A model generated the notes under the pieces. That model was not told the DNA's origin and made no database searches. It saw only the letters and a list, made by a program, of their open reading frames with translations. Below, one piece after another: positions 1 through 8,318 of a stretch of 26,365 nt of DNA (position 1 is the stretch's first letter; each line of letters begins with the position of its first letter). The stretch spans positions 1-26,365 of IMG/VR virus record IMGVR_UViG_3300043478_000013. The stretch is one strand, 5' to 3'. The translations under genes and the position numbers were made by a program. The stretch is from a virus (Duplodnaviria; Caudoviricetes).

Positions 1-988
1 TGACAAAAGCGGCAATACGTTGCCGGTCTTGCGGGTTGTCCTGCGAGAGATAGCGTTTCTTGCCGTCTACTACGTCATAGAGCTTGATGTCGGCCGCGTT
101 GCCCAGATCGTGCCGGTGTGTGCCAACACGGTCGGGACCGGAAGACGGTTGTCCGCCAGAAATCACGTCGACCGAAACGCCAGCGGCTTGCGCTGCGGTG
201 CCTAGCTGACCTTCTAGCTCTCCCGAGATCGGCTTATTCCGAATGCCGCTTTGTAGCTGGTTGACGCGGCTGGACGGCGCCGCAATCGGTAGCCGCTGCT
301 TGAGGATTTCGAGCCGTTGCTCCTCCGGCTGCAGCTTGAGCCAGTCTTCGCCGAACTGCTCCGTGCGCTTGCGCAGGTAGGCGTCGGTCTTCCTCGGGTC
401 GGCGTAGCCGGCCTGCACCGCGCCGGCGTGCAGGTTGTGAATTTCCTTGATCTTGGCGTCAGCCGACTTCGGGTCGGGATCGTTGAGCGCGCTCTGGTAT
501 AGCTCCTCGTCCTTGGTGCGGTTTTCCTCGACGACGGCGTCGCCGCGGCGCTTGAAGACCTCGTTGCCGACGTTGACCGAGCCGAGCGCGACGCGCTGCT
601 GCTGGCGGATGGTGAATTCTTGCTTATGCGCCGGGTTGCTGAAGCGCTGCCCCGCCTCGCTGATGACTGCGCTGGAACCCTCCTCCCACTTCTGCGGCCA
701 GTTTTCGTAATTGGGGTCTTTGGAGAGGTCGCTATTGACCTTAGCGAGGCCGATCGTGACATCGGCGTCGGCCTGCGCGGACTGCAGCGCGTCGGCCTTC
801 TTCTCCTCCTGCTGACCGCGCACGCCGATCTGCTCGAGCCCGTGGCCGACCTGCTGGAGCGCGCGGCCGATGTACTCGCCGCCGCGCGTGCCGGTATAGA
901 CAAAGTCCTTCGGCGAATAGTGCGGCACAATCCCCGAGGGGTGCGGTTGCTCAAGATTAAGCGCGGTAAAATCGGGAAGTTTCGGCAC
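1..988 (-). CDS. Internal virion (ejection) protein with a putative peptidase-M15-like domain; 3' end runs off the window
   Basis: Not in the ORF track; translated by hand. GTG at 988 follows AGGAG overlapping the upstream stop; open for 329 codons to the edge: MPKLPDFTALNLEQPHPSG...GGQPSSGPDRVGTHRHDLGNAADIKLYD. Position after a gp14-like gene; helical, Q/E/K-rich; HxxGxAxD motif. Confidence 0.75.
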   Translation of the reverse strand, partial: MPKLPDFTALNLEQPHPSGIVPHYSPKDFVYTGTRGGEYIGRALQQVGHGLEQIGVRGQQEEKKADALQSAQADADVTIGLAKVNSDLSKDPNYENWPQKWEEGSSAVISEAGQRFSNPAHKQEFTIRQQQRVALGSVNVGNEVFKRRGDAVVEENRTKDEELYQSALNDPDPKSADAKIKEIHNLHAGAVQAGYADPRKTDAYLRKRTEQFGEDWLKLQPEEQRLEILKQRLPIAAPSSRVNQLQSGIRNKPISGELEGQLGTAAQAAGVSVDVISGGQPSSGPDRVGTHRHDLGNAADIKLYDVVDGKKRYLSQDNPQDRQRIAAFV

Positions 989-997
989 TGTGCGCTC

Positions 998-1510
998 CTA
1001 CCCGAACTTCGCGCCGGCGCCGAACAGCCCGCCGATACCGCCGAGGATGGTGGCGTCGGCCTTGGTGCGCGTGGCGGCGGCCTGGTCGGCGAGCGCGGTG
1101 GCGCGCACATAGCCCGAATAGCGGTCGAGCTTGGCCTGATTCTCCATCCCGACCGCTTGGCTTTCGCCCGACCACATTTTCGAGAGCGCGTTGTACTCGC
1201 CGCGCTGCGCGATGTCGGACGAGAGCTTGACGATGGTCGGATCGTCCGCACCGCCGCCCGATGCCGCGGCGGTGGCCTGCAGATGCGACTGGACGTATTT
1301 TTCTTTTTCCTTCTCGTCGAGCGCCTGGCGCTGCGCCGCCGCGCGCTGCTCCTGCCCGACCCGCTCCTCTTGCTTGGCCTTGTACTCGGCGGCCTGGATT
1401 TCGGCCTGCGCCTGGTACTCGAGCGCCTGCGCCTGCTGACGCGCTGCGTTCGCGGACGCAATTGCGCCCATGAACGAGAACAGCCCGCCGATGATGCCGA
1501 TTGCTGCCAT
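998..1510 (-). CDS. Internal virion protein (T7 gp14-like small ejection protein)
   Basis: 170 aa; hydrophobic Gly-rich N- and C-termini, Ala/Gln-rich helical core, AAASGG motif; lies downstream of nozzle and GNAT genes. Confidence 0.75.
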   Translation of the reverse strand: MAAIGIIGGLFSFMGAIASANAARQQAQALEYQAQAEIQAAEYKAKQEERVGQEQRAAAQRQALDEKEKEKYVQSHLQATAAASGGGADDPTIVKLSSDIAQRGEYNALSKMWSGESQAVGMENQAKLDRYSGYVRATALADQAAATRTKADATILGGIGGLFGAGAKFG

Positions 1511-1521
1511 GCGGGCCTCAC

Positions 1522-1554
1522 AAAAAAGCCGCCCCGTAAACCCGTCGGGACGGC
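1522..1554 (-). terminator. Rho-independent terminator
   Basis: Minus strand GCCGTCCCG-(9 nt loop)-CGGGGCGGC-TTTTTT: 9-bp stem with one G-U pair, then six U. Confidence 0.75.
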
Positions 1555-1570
1555 GTCTTGACGGCTGCGG

Positions 1571-1765
1571 TCAGTGGACCGGGTTGACTTCGGCGGCCGG
1601 GTCGGGGGTAGCCTCGGCGGCCGGCTTGTCCGGCATGAGCAACTCGTCGAGCTTCAGCCTGGCTTCGGCGACCTTCTCCTGGATTGCCCGCGGATTATCC
1701 TTGGCCTGGTCGATCTGCTCGAGGATGCCCTTGAACTGCAGGTAAACTTCTTGGACGTTCGGCAT
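1571..1765 (-). CDS. Probable separately initiated 64-aa helical protein (MPNVQEVYLQFKG...) in frame with the GNAT gene
   Basis: AAAGGAG at 1780-1774, 8 nt before the ATG at 1765; followed by the terminator. Confidence 0.55.
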   Translation of the reverse strand: MPNVQEVYLQFKGILEQIDQAKDNPRAIQEKVAEARLKLDELLMPDKPAAEATPDPAAEVNPVH

Positions 1766-2182
1766 GAGGTGATCTCCTTTGCTCGGAGGTTGCGGCAACT
1801 CATTCCGCGAGGGGCAAAAGCGTTGCCAATAACTCTTGCTCTCGGTGCGGTGCATTTCATTGAAACCGAGACGCTGCAGCCACCGCGCCGCCGCCTCGCG
1901 CGAGAGATCGGCCTCGGCGCACAGCCGCCGCACGCCATGCGCCTCGCACATCGCAAAGAACTGTCGCGCGGCCTTGGCGAGGGCTAATCGGTATTTCTTG
2001 CAGTCGGCCTCGGATGCTTCGACAAAGGCGACACGGGTGCCGTCGGTGTTGTAGTAGTAGCCGCCGATTCCAACCACGCGCCCGTCCACCCGCACGGTCA
2101 GGGCGCAGATGCGGCCCCACGGCGGCAGACGCGGGAAGAATTCGGCCACGTCCTGCGGCGTGGTCGGCTCAATCGTGGTCAC
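1571..2182 (-). CDS. GNAT-fold protein (T7 gp13-like) with an in-frame C-terminal extension
   Basis: VDGRVVGIGG and AARWLQRLGF motifs are typical of gp13-like acetyltransferase-fold proteins; GTGA coupling to the nozzle stop. Confidence 0.75.
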   Translation of the reverse strand: MTTIEPTTPQDVAEFFPRLPPWGRICALTVRVDGRVVGIGGYYYNTDGTRVAFVEASEADCKKYRLALAKAARQFFAMCEAHGVRRLCAEADLSREAAARWLQRLGFNEMHRTESKSYWQRFCPSRNELPQPPSKGDHLMPNVQEVYLQFKGILEQIDQAKDNPRAIQEKVAEARLKLDELLMPDKPAAEATPDPAAEVNPVH

Positions 2183-4869
2183 GTCTTTTCAGAAGTAGCC
2201 ATCCCCACCACCGCGCCGAGGATCGTGACCGGCCGCGGCGCCGTCGCCCGCAGGCATAGCCGCGCGTCGGTATTCCATGCTCCCGGAAGTACAATCATCG
2301 GCTCGTCGAATTCGTCGTACACGAGGTCGGGATCAACCGTTGCGCCCTGGTAGACCAGCGGCAGCGGGTCCATGCGCTCGAACGTCTGCCCGAATTCGAG
2401 CCCGCGCGCGTGGGTGTTGTGCAGGATCAGCCCGAGGTGGTCGATGCGCTTCTTTTGCGTCAGTGACGTTCCGAGTTGCGCACCGTAGGCCAACTTTGCC
2501 GATTTGAAGTGCGCCGTGTACGGCAGGCCCACGATTGCCGTGGTCACGGCCTCCGACGCTGTGATTGCACCGAATGCCACCGTATAGGTGCCGAGGTCTT
2601 TGCCGTTCGCCCATACGGCGACGGTCTCGCCTTCGAGGTGACTGAGCCCCACGACGAATGTGGACGACACCTGGTTAACGACCGTGTAGGCGTCGAGTTG
2701 GTGGTTGAGGTCGCCGCCCACGCAGTCGTCCACCATCGCGTAACGCTCGACGTAGCGCACCATCTCGCCGTTGATCGTGCGCTTGACGTAGTAATAGACC
2801 TTGTCCTCTTTATCCCCCGGCAGGACACAAACCTGCTCCACAAAGCCTTCCGTGTGCACATTGTACCAGCACACCACTTCCTCGGTGGGCTCGAACAGCA
2901 GCACCATCACATCGCCGTCGGCGCGGATGACATGGATGCGGGTGTCGGGTTGCCGTTGCACGGCGATGCGCATGAGGTCGCTATCGATGTCGGGCCGCAG
3001 CACCGTTAGGTCGGTCGCGGCGTAGTCCTGCACCTCGATCTGGTAGAGGAGCTGGTAGACCTTGCGCTTGCTTTGCTGGATGAACACGCCGCGGGTGTCG
3101 ATCTTGACCGCCGGCACGCGGGCCGAGCCCTGGGTCGAGCAGTCCTTGATCGAGAAGTTGGTTGGGGTGAGCGGCTGGTCGAAGGTTGTGGACTTCACCG
3201 ACGCTTCGGACGACTGCAGCCCGAGAATGAGCCGCTGCAGCGGGAGCGCGAAGTTGATGATTTCCACCGGGCCGTAGCCGATCGAGCGCGAGATCGGGCC
3301 GGAGTCACCCTTGATCGTGTCGTCAAAGCTCTCGAAGGCGTCCGAGACAGATCCCCAGATACGGTCGCGGCCGAACCACCACAGCCGGCCCTCGTGAAGC
3401 GTGGTGCAGGACGGCCAGCCGTAGCGGTCGGACCACTCGCCCTCCTCCCAGTCGCGGGTGCCGGTGGTTGACGTGAGGTCGAACATGACCTCGGCGGTGG
3501 CGTTCTGTTGGTCGGTTACAGAGGTAATCCGCACGATGCCGGCGCCGCCGCCGCTCGGGTAGTTCAGCACGACCTCGGCGACGCCGCTGGTGTAATTGCC
3601 GATCGTAAAGCCGACGCGATACCAAATGATGGAATTGTCAAAGTGGTCGTCGATCGTGGTGGTGCCGTTCGCCGTTATCGTGATGATGTCCGAGAAGCCC
3701 GCATCCTTCCCCTCGGTCGAGCGCTGCAAGGTGAGGGTGCCGGCCCACGTCCCCGATACCGTGATGGTGAAGGCGCGGGTGCCGATGGTCGGGGGCGATG
3801 TCGCCGGGTCGGTGGAGACCCCGGTAACTCGAATTGTGTCAGTGAACGTGTCCTCGTCCGCGAGCTCCTGGTCGATGATCTGCGAGGTGTTGAACATGCG
3901 GAGCAGCGAGCCGACCAGATCGGCCTTGAAGAACGGGGCCGAGGCGGTGAGCGTGATATTACCCACCCCGGCCGAGGGGGTAAGGATCAGGTCGGCCGAG
4001 GCATTGATCCGGAACGGGCCGTCGATCGGTTGGTAGAGCACAATCGACCACGAGCGCGTGGTGCGCCGCTCGAGCTTGCGCTGCTGATAGCCGGCGTTGG
4101 CGAGGTAGAGCACGTCGCCCGATTGCGTATAGGCGATGGTGGCGATGTCGCCGGCGGCCCACGGGACCGGCAACTCCATGAGGCCGGCGACCTCCACCTC
4201 GCAGGAGGTCACGGTGATCTCGCGCCGCGAGGTCGCGCGCAGTTGCACGTAGACGGTCGCGACCGTAGGCGTGAACGCAAGCGAGTGCTCGCCGGTCCCG
4301 AGTAGCGTCGCGGAAAACACGTCGTCCTCGTCGGCGGCCGAGCCGATGCGGAACGCCACCGGGCCGTTGGCGACCACGATCCGCAACGCGTGCTCGGTGC
4401 CGACCTGGCTGATGGCGAGCGCCTGCTCCGCCAGCGTGGTCGAGCCGAACGGTGTCGCGTCGAAGACCAGCGCGCCGGTGCCCATGGTGGCGGTGGCGCC
4501 GCCGGTGGTGGTGAGCGTCCACCCGGCCGATACATCAGTGAAGTCGCCGTTGACCATGGCCGCCGTGACGGCCGGTCGGCTGATGAGTTCGTCGGCGATC
4601 CGCACCCGGATGGCGGAAGCGGAAATCTCTACAATGGCGGTGTCGGTGTGGGAGAACACGAACGGGATCGGCAGCACCGCCTCGCCATGGATCGTGGCAT
4701 CGAGGTAGCGCAGCCCTGGCCGTAGCATCATCGGGCCGATGGCGCGGGGAAACCAGTTGGTCTGGATTTCGGCGGAGAACTTGAGGCGGGAAACGTCGAC
4801 GCGGGCGAGCGCGAGCTTGGAGACGATACCGGAGTTGAATGTCGTTACGGGCGGATGAGTGAGGCCCAA
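2179..4869 (-). CDS. Tail nozzle / tail tubular protein B (T7 gp12 / P22 gp10-like)
   Basis: 896 aa; FNSG N-terminus, YTQSGDVLY, GWPSCTTLHEGRLW, VGLPY and C-terminal PRPVTIL motifs; position after the adaptors. The TTG start is uncertain. Confidence 0.85.
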   Translation of the reverse strand: MGLTHPPVTTFNSGIVSKLALARVDVSRLKFSAEIQTNWFPRAIGPMMLRPGLRYLDATIHGEAVLPIPFVFSHTDTAIVEISASAIRVRIADELISRPAVTAAMVNGDFTDVSAGWTLTTTGGATATMGTGALVFDATPFGSTTLAEQALAISQVGTEHALRIVVANGPVAFRIGSAADEDDVFSATLLGTGEHSLAFTPTVATVYVQLRATSRREITVTSCEVEVAGLMELPVPWAAGDIATIAYTQSGDVLYLANAGYQQRKLERRTTRSWSIVLYQPIDGPFRINASADLILTPSAGVGNITLTASAPFFKADLVGSLLRMFNTSQIIDQELADEDTFTDTIRVTGVSTDPATSPPTIGTRAFTITVSGTWAGTLTLQRSTEGKDAGFSDIITITANGTTTIDDHFDNSIIWYRVGFTIGNYTSGVAEVVLNYPSGGGAGIVRITSVTDQQNATAEVMFDLTSTTGTRDWEEGEWSDRYGWPSCTTLHEGRLWWFGRDRIWGSVSDAFESFDDTIKGDSGPISRSIGYGPVEIINFALPLQRLILGLQSSEASVKSTTFDQPLTPTNFSIKDCSTQGSARVPAVKIDTRGVFIQQSKRKVYQLLYQIEVQDYAATDLTVLRPDIDSDLMRIAVQRQPDTRIHVIRADGDVMVLLFEPTEEVVCWYNVHTEGFVEQVCVLPGDKEDKVYYYVKRTINGEMVRYVERYAMVDDCVGGDLNHQLDAYTVVNQVSSTFVVGLSHLEGETVAVWANGKDLGTYTVAFGAITASEAVTTAIVGLPYTAHFKSAKLAYGAQLGTSLTQKKRIDHLGLILHNTHARGLEFGQTFERMDPLPLVYQGATVDPDLVYDEFDEPMIVLPGAWNTDARLCLRATAPRPVTILGAVVGMATSEKT

Positions 4870-5505
4870 CTACAGCCCCCGCCCGGTCCCGTTGATCCGC
4901 GAGGCGCGGAACCGATTAAGCCGCGATGTCGACCATGACCCCAACGGCGGGAAGCGCGCCGGCAGGTCCATGGCGTTCTTGTTCTCCGCGGCGTGTGCGA
5001 GCGAGCGTTCGAGCTTGATCAGCATCGTCTGCTTGGTGGTGTCGCCGCCGAGGCGCCCGCAGAGCGAGGCAGCTATATTGGCCTCGACATAGCGCTGGAA
5101 GGCCATCGACCACTTGCCGAGGTCCATGCCGTATTGCGGGTCGGACGATACGAACCGGATGTAGATCGGGGTGAGGTTGGCGTAGAAGTAGCCCTGCTCG
5201 AAGGCGTAATCGACCAGGGGGTTGCGCTCCAGAATGTCGGAATAAACCCCGGTCGTGCGCATCCAGTCGTTAGGTATCTTGAAGGCGTAGGAGTAGCCGA
5301 AGGTCGGCTCGACCGAGGGGTCGTCGTTGGCCTCGATGGCGCGGATGGCAAAATTCCACATGCCGCCTTCCAGGCACGCGCGCGTAGCCGAATTCCATAT
5401 CTGATCGAGCGCCCGCTTTTGGTCGGTGTTTTCCGACAGCGATTGCAATTCGCGCTGCCCGAGCAGCCGCAGTGCGCCGTTGTAGACTTCGAGCTTGTCG
5501 GCCAT
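4870..5505 (-). CDS. Tail adaptor / tail tubular protein A (T7 gp11-like), copy 1
   Basis: 211 aa; YNGALRLLG, WNFA and YAFKIPNDW motifs. Confidence 0.85.
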   Translation of the reverse strand: MADKLEVYNGALRLLGQRELQSLSENTDQKRALDQIWNSATRACLEGGMWNFAIRAIEANDDPSVEPTFGYSYAFKIPNDWMRTTGVYSDILERNPLVDYAFEQGYFYANLTPIYIRFVSSDPQYGMDLGKWSMAFQRYVEANIAASLCGRLGGDTTKQTMLIKLERSLAHAAENKNAMDLPARFPPLGSWSTSRLNRFRASRINGTGRGL

Positions 5506-5508
5506 GGG

Positions 5509-6207
5509 CTATTTGCTCCCGCGGTTGCCCTGATCGCCTTGCGGCTGCGCTGGGGCCGAGAATTTCAGTTGTGCGTGGAACGGCAGGATGTCGATCGGGT
5601 GCAGCGCGTGGCCCTCGACCGGCATCGCGCGCGCCTGCGCATCGAACGGGCGCAGCCCCGGCGCCATCGCCACGGAGTCGATGGCAAGCGCCGCCATCAG
5701 GTAGCGGTCGACGCGGGCTTCGAGGAGTTCACTGAGCGGGCCGGCGCCGCTGATGCGTATCGCCGCCCACGCGGCCAGCAGATGCACGAAATAGGTGGTG
5801 AAGGTCTGCGACCATTTGGCGAGATTGGCGCCGCCATCCGTTACGTCATTCGACGAGTAGCGGACGTAGAGCGTGGCGGCGTTCGAGAACCACTGGCCTT
5901 GCTGGTCGATAAAGTCGTTGACCAGCGGCAGATTGTAGGCCGCCGCCTCGGAGGCGAGGAACAGGTGCACGAGGTCGGTGGGCTTGGTGAAGACGTTGGC
6001 GTAGTTCATGTCGCCGCCGCCCGCCGGCGTCAGCGCGGCGTTGCGCATGGCGAAATTCCACATCCCTTGTTCAAGGGCGAACTGCAGGCAGTCGGGATAC
6101 AGGTCGTCGAGCACACGGCGCGGCTCGACTTCTTCCACGAGCGACGCGAGCGTGCGCTCTCCCATGGCGATCAGCGCTCGGTTATAGATGCCGAGTTTCG
6201 TCGCCAT
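5509..6207 (-). CDS. Tail adaptor / tail tubular protein A, copy 2 (paralogue)
   Basis: 232 aa; YNRALIAMG, GMWNFA, FTKPTDL and LAKWS align with copy 1. Confidence 0.8.
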   Translation of the reverse strand: MATKLGIYNRALIAMGERTLASLVEEVEPRRVLDDLYPDCLQFALEQGMWNFAMRNAALTPAGGGDMNYANVFTKPTDLVHLFLASEAAAYNLPLVNDFIDQQGQWFSNAATLYVRYSSNDVTDGGANLAKWSQTFTTYFVHLLAAWAAIRISGAGPLSELLEARVDRYLMAALAIDSVAMAPGLRPFDAQARAMPVEGHALHPIDILPFHAQLKFSAPAQPQGDQGNRGSK

Positions 6208-6210
6208 GGA

Positions 6211-6399
6211 TCACCCTGCGATGGTTTTGCGCTTCGCCGCCGACGCCCGCGCCCAAAGCTTGCAGTGCCCGCGCGGGGAGATATCCCCCTGCACCGAGAT
6301 GCAGCGCCTCGCCAGCCGATACATCGAGCAATCCTGGCACTGCTTTGTCGCCGAATAATCGACGTAGTTCGCCTCGGCCTTGCTGATCTTCTCGGTCAC
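6211..6399 (-). CDS. HiPIP-like [4Fe-4S] protein lacking a signal peptide
   Basis: 62 aa; Y12, C21-x2-C24-x8-C33-x12-C46, ISPRGHCKLW (HiPIPs have GWC). Resembles small HiPIPs such as PioC and Iro, from memory. Confidence 0.75.
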   Translation of the reverse strand: MTEKISKAEANYVDYSATKQCQDCSMYRLARRCISVQGDISPRGHCKLWARASAAKRKTIAG

Positions 6400-6402
6400 G
6401 GC

Positions 6403-6597
6403 TCACCCCACGATGGTCTTGTGCTTTGGCCTCGCCGGCGCCGTTTCCCGTGCCGTCGCCAAGGCGACCGCCACCGCCTGCTTGTCCGCGGTTTCTTTGT
6501 CATGATCGCGCTTTGTGCGCGCGTAGGTTTGGCCCTTATGGAATTCGCGGATATTTGCCGAAATTACCTTGCGGGATTTTCCCTTTTTCATTGGCAT
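6403..6597 (-). CDS. Small basic phage protein (MPxKKGKS...ISxNI...QAVAxAL family, DUF6496-like)
   Basis: Real gene is the C-terminal 64 aa of track ORF 6403..7170, starting at ATG 6597 just after the upstream stop. Confidence 0.7.
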   Translation of the reverse strand: MPMKKGKSRKVISANIREFHKGQTYARTKRDHDKETADKQAVAVALATARETAPARPKHKTIVG

Positions 6598-6599
6598 GG

Positions 6600-7073
6600 C
6601 TAGGCCGCCTTCGTCTTGGTGGAGCGCTTGACGTAGTCGGCGAGCGCCGCGTCGGCACGCTCCTTGGTGGGGAACTTCGCGACTTCCTTGTTGTCGTAAC
6701 CGATCAGCCGCCAGCCCGACTTGGTGAAGTGCAGGCCCGGCAACTCGGTCGGCGGGTCGGAGTATTTCTTGCGCTCGGCCTCGACGGCCGCGGAGGCTTC
6801 GGTCGCGGCGGCCCGCTCGGGGAAGTGCTTCACCCACAGTTCGTCCATCACGACAAAGCCCGCCTCCACGTCGAACACGATCAACTCGCCGACGTAGGAG
6901 AAATCCTCCGCGCGCGCGAAGACGGTGTCGCCGCGCTTCATGGTGCCGGCGTGGTGCTGCCAGGCCTTCGGGTCGAGCAGGTCTTTCCAGGCCACATGCG
7001 GCTGCAGCGTGATGTGCCAGGCGACGGACTCGAACTCGCGCCGCTTGAGGATGGTCGGAGAAATAACGGTCAC
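6600..7073 (-). CDS. Hypothetical phage protein, 157 aa
   Basis: Start moved to GTG 7073, with AGGAG at 7085-7081; globular composition; in the operon. Confidence 0.7.
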   Translation of the reverse strand: MTVISPTILKRREFESVAWHITLQPHVAWKDLLDPKAWQHHAGTMKRGDTVFARAEDFSYVGELIVFDVEAGFVVMDELWVKHFPERAAATEASAAVEAERKKYSDPPTELPGLHFTKSGWRLIGYDNKEVAKFPTKERADAALADYVKRSTKTKAA

Positions 7074-7095
7074 GGGTGTGCTCCTGTGTTTGGGG

Positions 7096-7126
7096 TGACG
7101 GGGCGGCCCGGGAGGCCGCCCCGCCA
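7096..7126 (-). terminator. Strong hairpin after the capsid/decoration genes (attenuator or 3' stabiliser)
   Basis: Perfect 10-bp stem CGGGGCGGCC/GGCCGCCCCG (7099-7108 with 7114-7123), extendable to 13 bp on the minus strand; no U-tract. Confidence 0.45.
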
Positions 7127-7174
7127 TCGTGCGGGGCCGAGGGAGGACCGAGAGACCGGCGCCCGCGCAAGGTT

Positions 7175-7435
7175 TCAGGTGATCGCGGTCGGGGCCGCGA
7201 CGGTCGCGGCTTTGCCGGACACGCTGGCCACCTGATAGCGCTTGTACTTCGGGCCGGTGGCGTTGATGCCGTCGACGATGTCGCCGACCCGCATGCCCTT
7301 GGTCACGCCGTCGGTGAAATAGGACGCGCCGACGATGGTGGCATCGGCATCGGCGGAGAGGTAGGTGAAATAGCGCGGGATCTGACCGCCCACGTCGCTC
7401 GTCACGAGCTTAAGGGTTTCAGGGGTGTAAGCCAT
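7175..7435 (-). CDS. Putative capsid decoration / minor capsid protein
   Basis: 86 aa directly after the capsid gene; strong AAGGAGG RBS; YFTDG...GMRVGDIV motif. Confidence 0.65.
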   Translation of the reverse strand: MAYTPETLKLVTSDVGGQIPRYFTYLSADADATIVGASYFTDGVTKGMRVGDIVDGINATGPKYKRYQVASVSGKAATVAAPTAIT

Positions 7436-7478
7436 TACTGGCCTCCTTGGTAAGTGCGGGTGAATTTCCTGCTGCTAT

Positions 7479-8318
7479 TTACGAGCCGGCGACGATGGCC
7501 GAGCCGTCATGCTTCATCATGACGACGCCGGTGTTCTGCAGGAGCACGCCGCCGTGGTACACGGTCGCCCGCGTCCAGGACGTGTCCTCTTTCTCGTCAT
7601 AACCGAGCATGATGTTCTCATCGCCGACGTTGACGGCGTAGCCGATGGCGTCGCGGTGGAACAGGTAGCACTTCTCGGTATTGGTCCCGATGCCGCTGAT
7701 GCGGGTCGAGAGAATCCAGTTGATGCCGCTCCACCGCCACACCTTGCGGGTGATGCCGGCGAGAGGTTTGATGTCGACGTAATCGCCGCTGGAGTACGCC
7801 GTGACCTGTTCGAGGTAGGCCAGGAAAGCGGGGCTAACCACCGCGAATAGGTTCTCCATGTCCGACACATCCACATCGGCCTTGCCGAGGACGCCTTTAG
7901 CGAGGGAAACCATGGCCAGCGTGGCGGTGGCCGTGGTGCCGGTGGTCTGCGTCGAGGTATCTAGGATGTCGATGATGGTCTGGTCGATGTCGCGGTTGAT
8001 GGTCCCCATCGAGTTGCGGCGCATGATGGCGTTCTGATCGCCCTGCGACGCAAAGATGTTGAACCCCGTCATCTCGAACGGCGCGTGCTTTTCGAGCAGC
8101 GTCGCGGTCTTCTGGGTATTCGAGTTCTGCCCGTAGGGGATTTTTCCGTTTGATCCGCGGGTGACCGCAGTAGCGCCGCCGGAGCCGGCGACCAGGAACA
8201 CCGCAGTGTTGCCTTTGATGACCTGCTCGCGGGTGGCGCACTGGCGCAGCATGGACACGGTCTGCTCGAACGTGCCGATGAACTCTTTCCTATAATGGGT
8301 GACAGCAGCAGCTACCAT
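7479..8318 (-). CDS. Major capsid protein
   Basis: 279 aa; GAGGAG RBS; follows the scaffold; INRDIDQTII, WSGINWI and FHRDAIGYA motifs of podovirus capsids. Confidence 0.85.
   Translation of the reverse strand: MVAAAVTHYRKEFIGTFEQTVSMLRQCATREQVIKGNTAVFLVAGSGGATAVTRGSNGKIPYGQNSNTQKTATLLEKHAPFEMTGFNIFASQGDQNAIMRRNSMGTINRDIDQTIIDILDTSTQTTGTTATATLAMVSLAKGVLGKADVDVSDMENLFAVVSPAFLAYLEQVTAYSSGDYVDIKPLAGITRKVWRWSGINWILSTRISGIGTNTEKCYLFHRDAIGYAVNVGDENIMLGYDEKEDTSWTRATVYHGGVLLQNTGVVMMKHDGSAIVAGS

Noticed and set aside
214-1561. Long track ORFs 214..1521 (-) and 620..1561 (+)
   Set aside because: Arg/Ser-rich off-frame or antisense shadows of the real genes at 1-988 and 998-1510.
7436-7520. T7 10A/10B-style capsid frameshift into the decoration gene
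   Set aside because: No slippery sequence near the capsid stop, and the next gene has its own strong AAGGAGG RBS.
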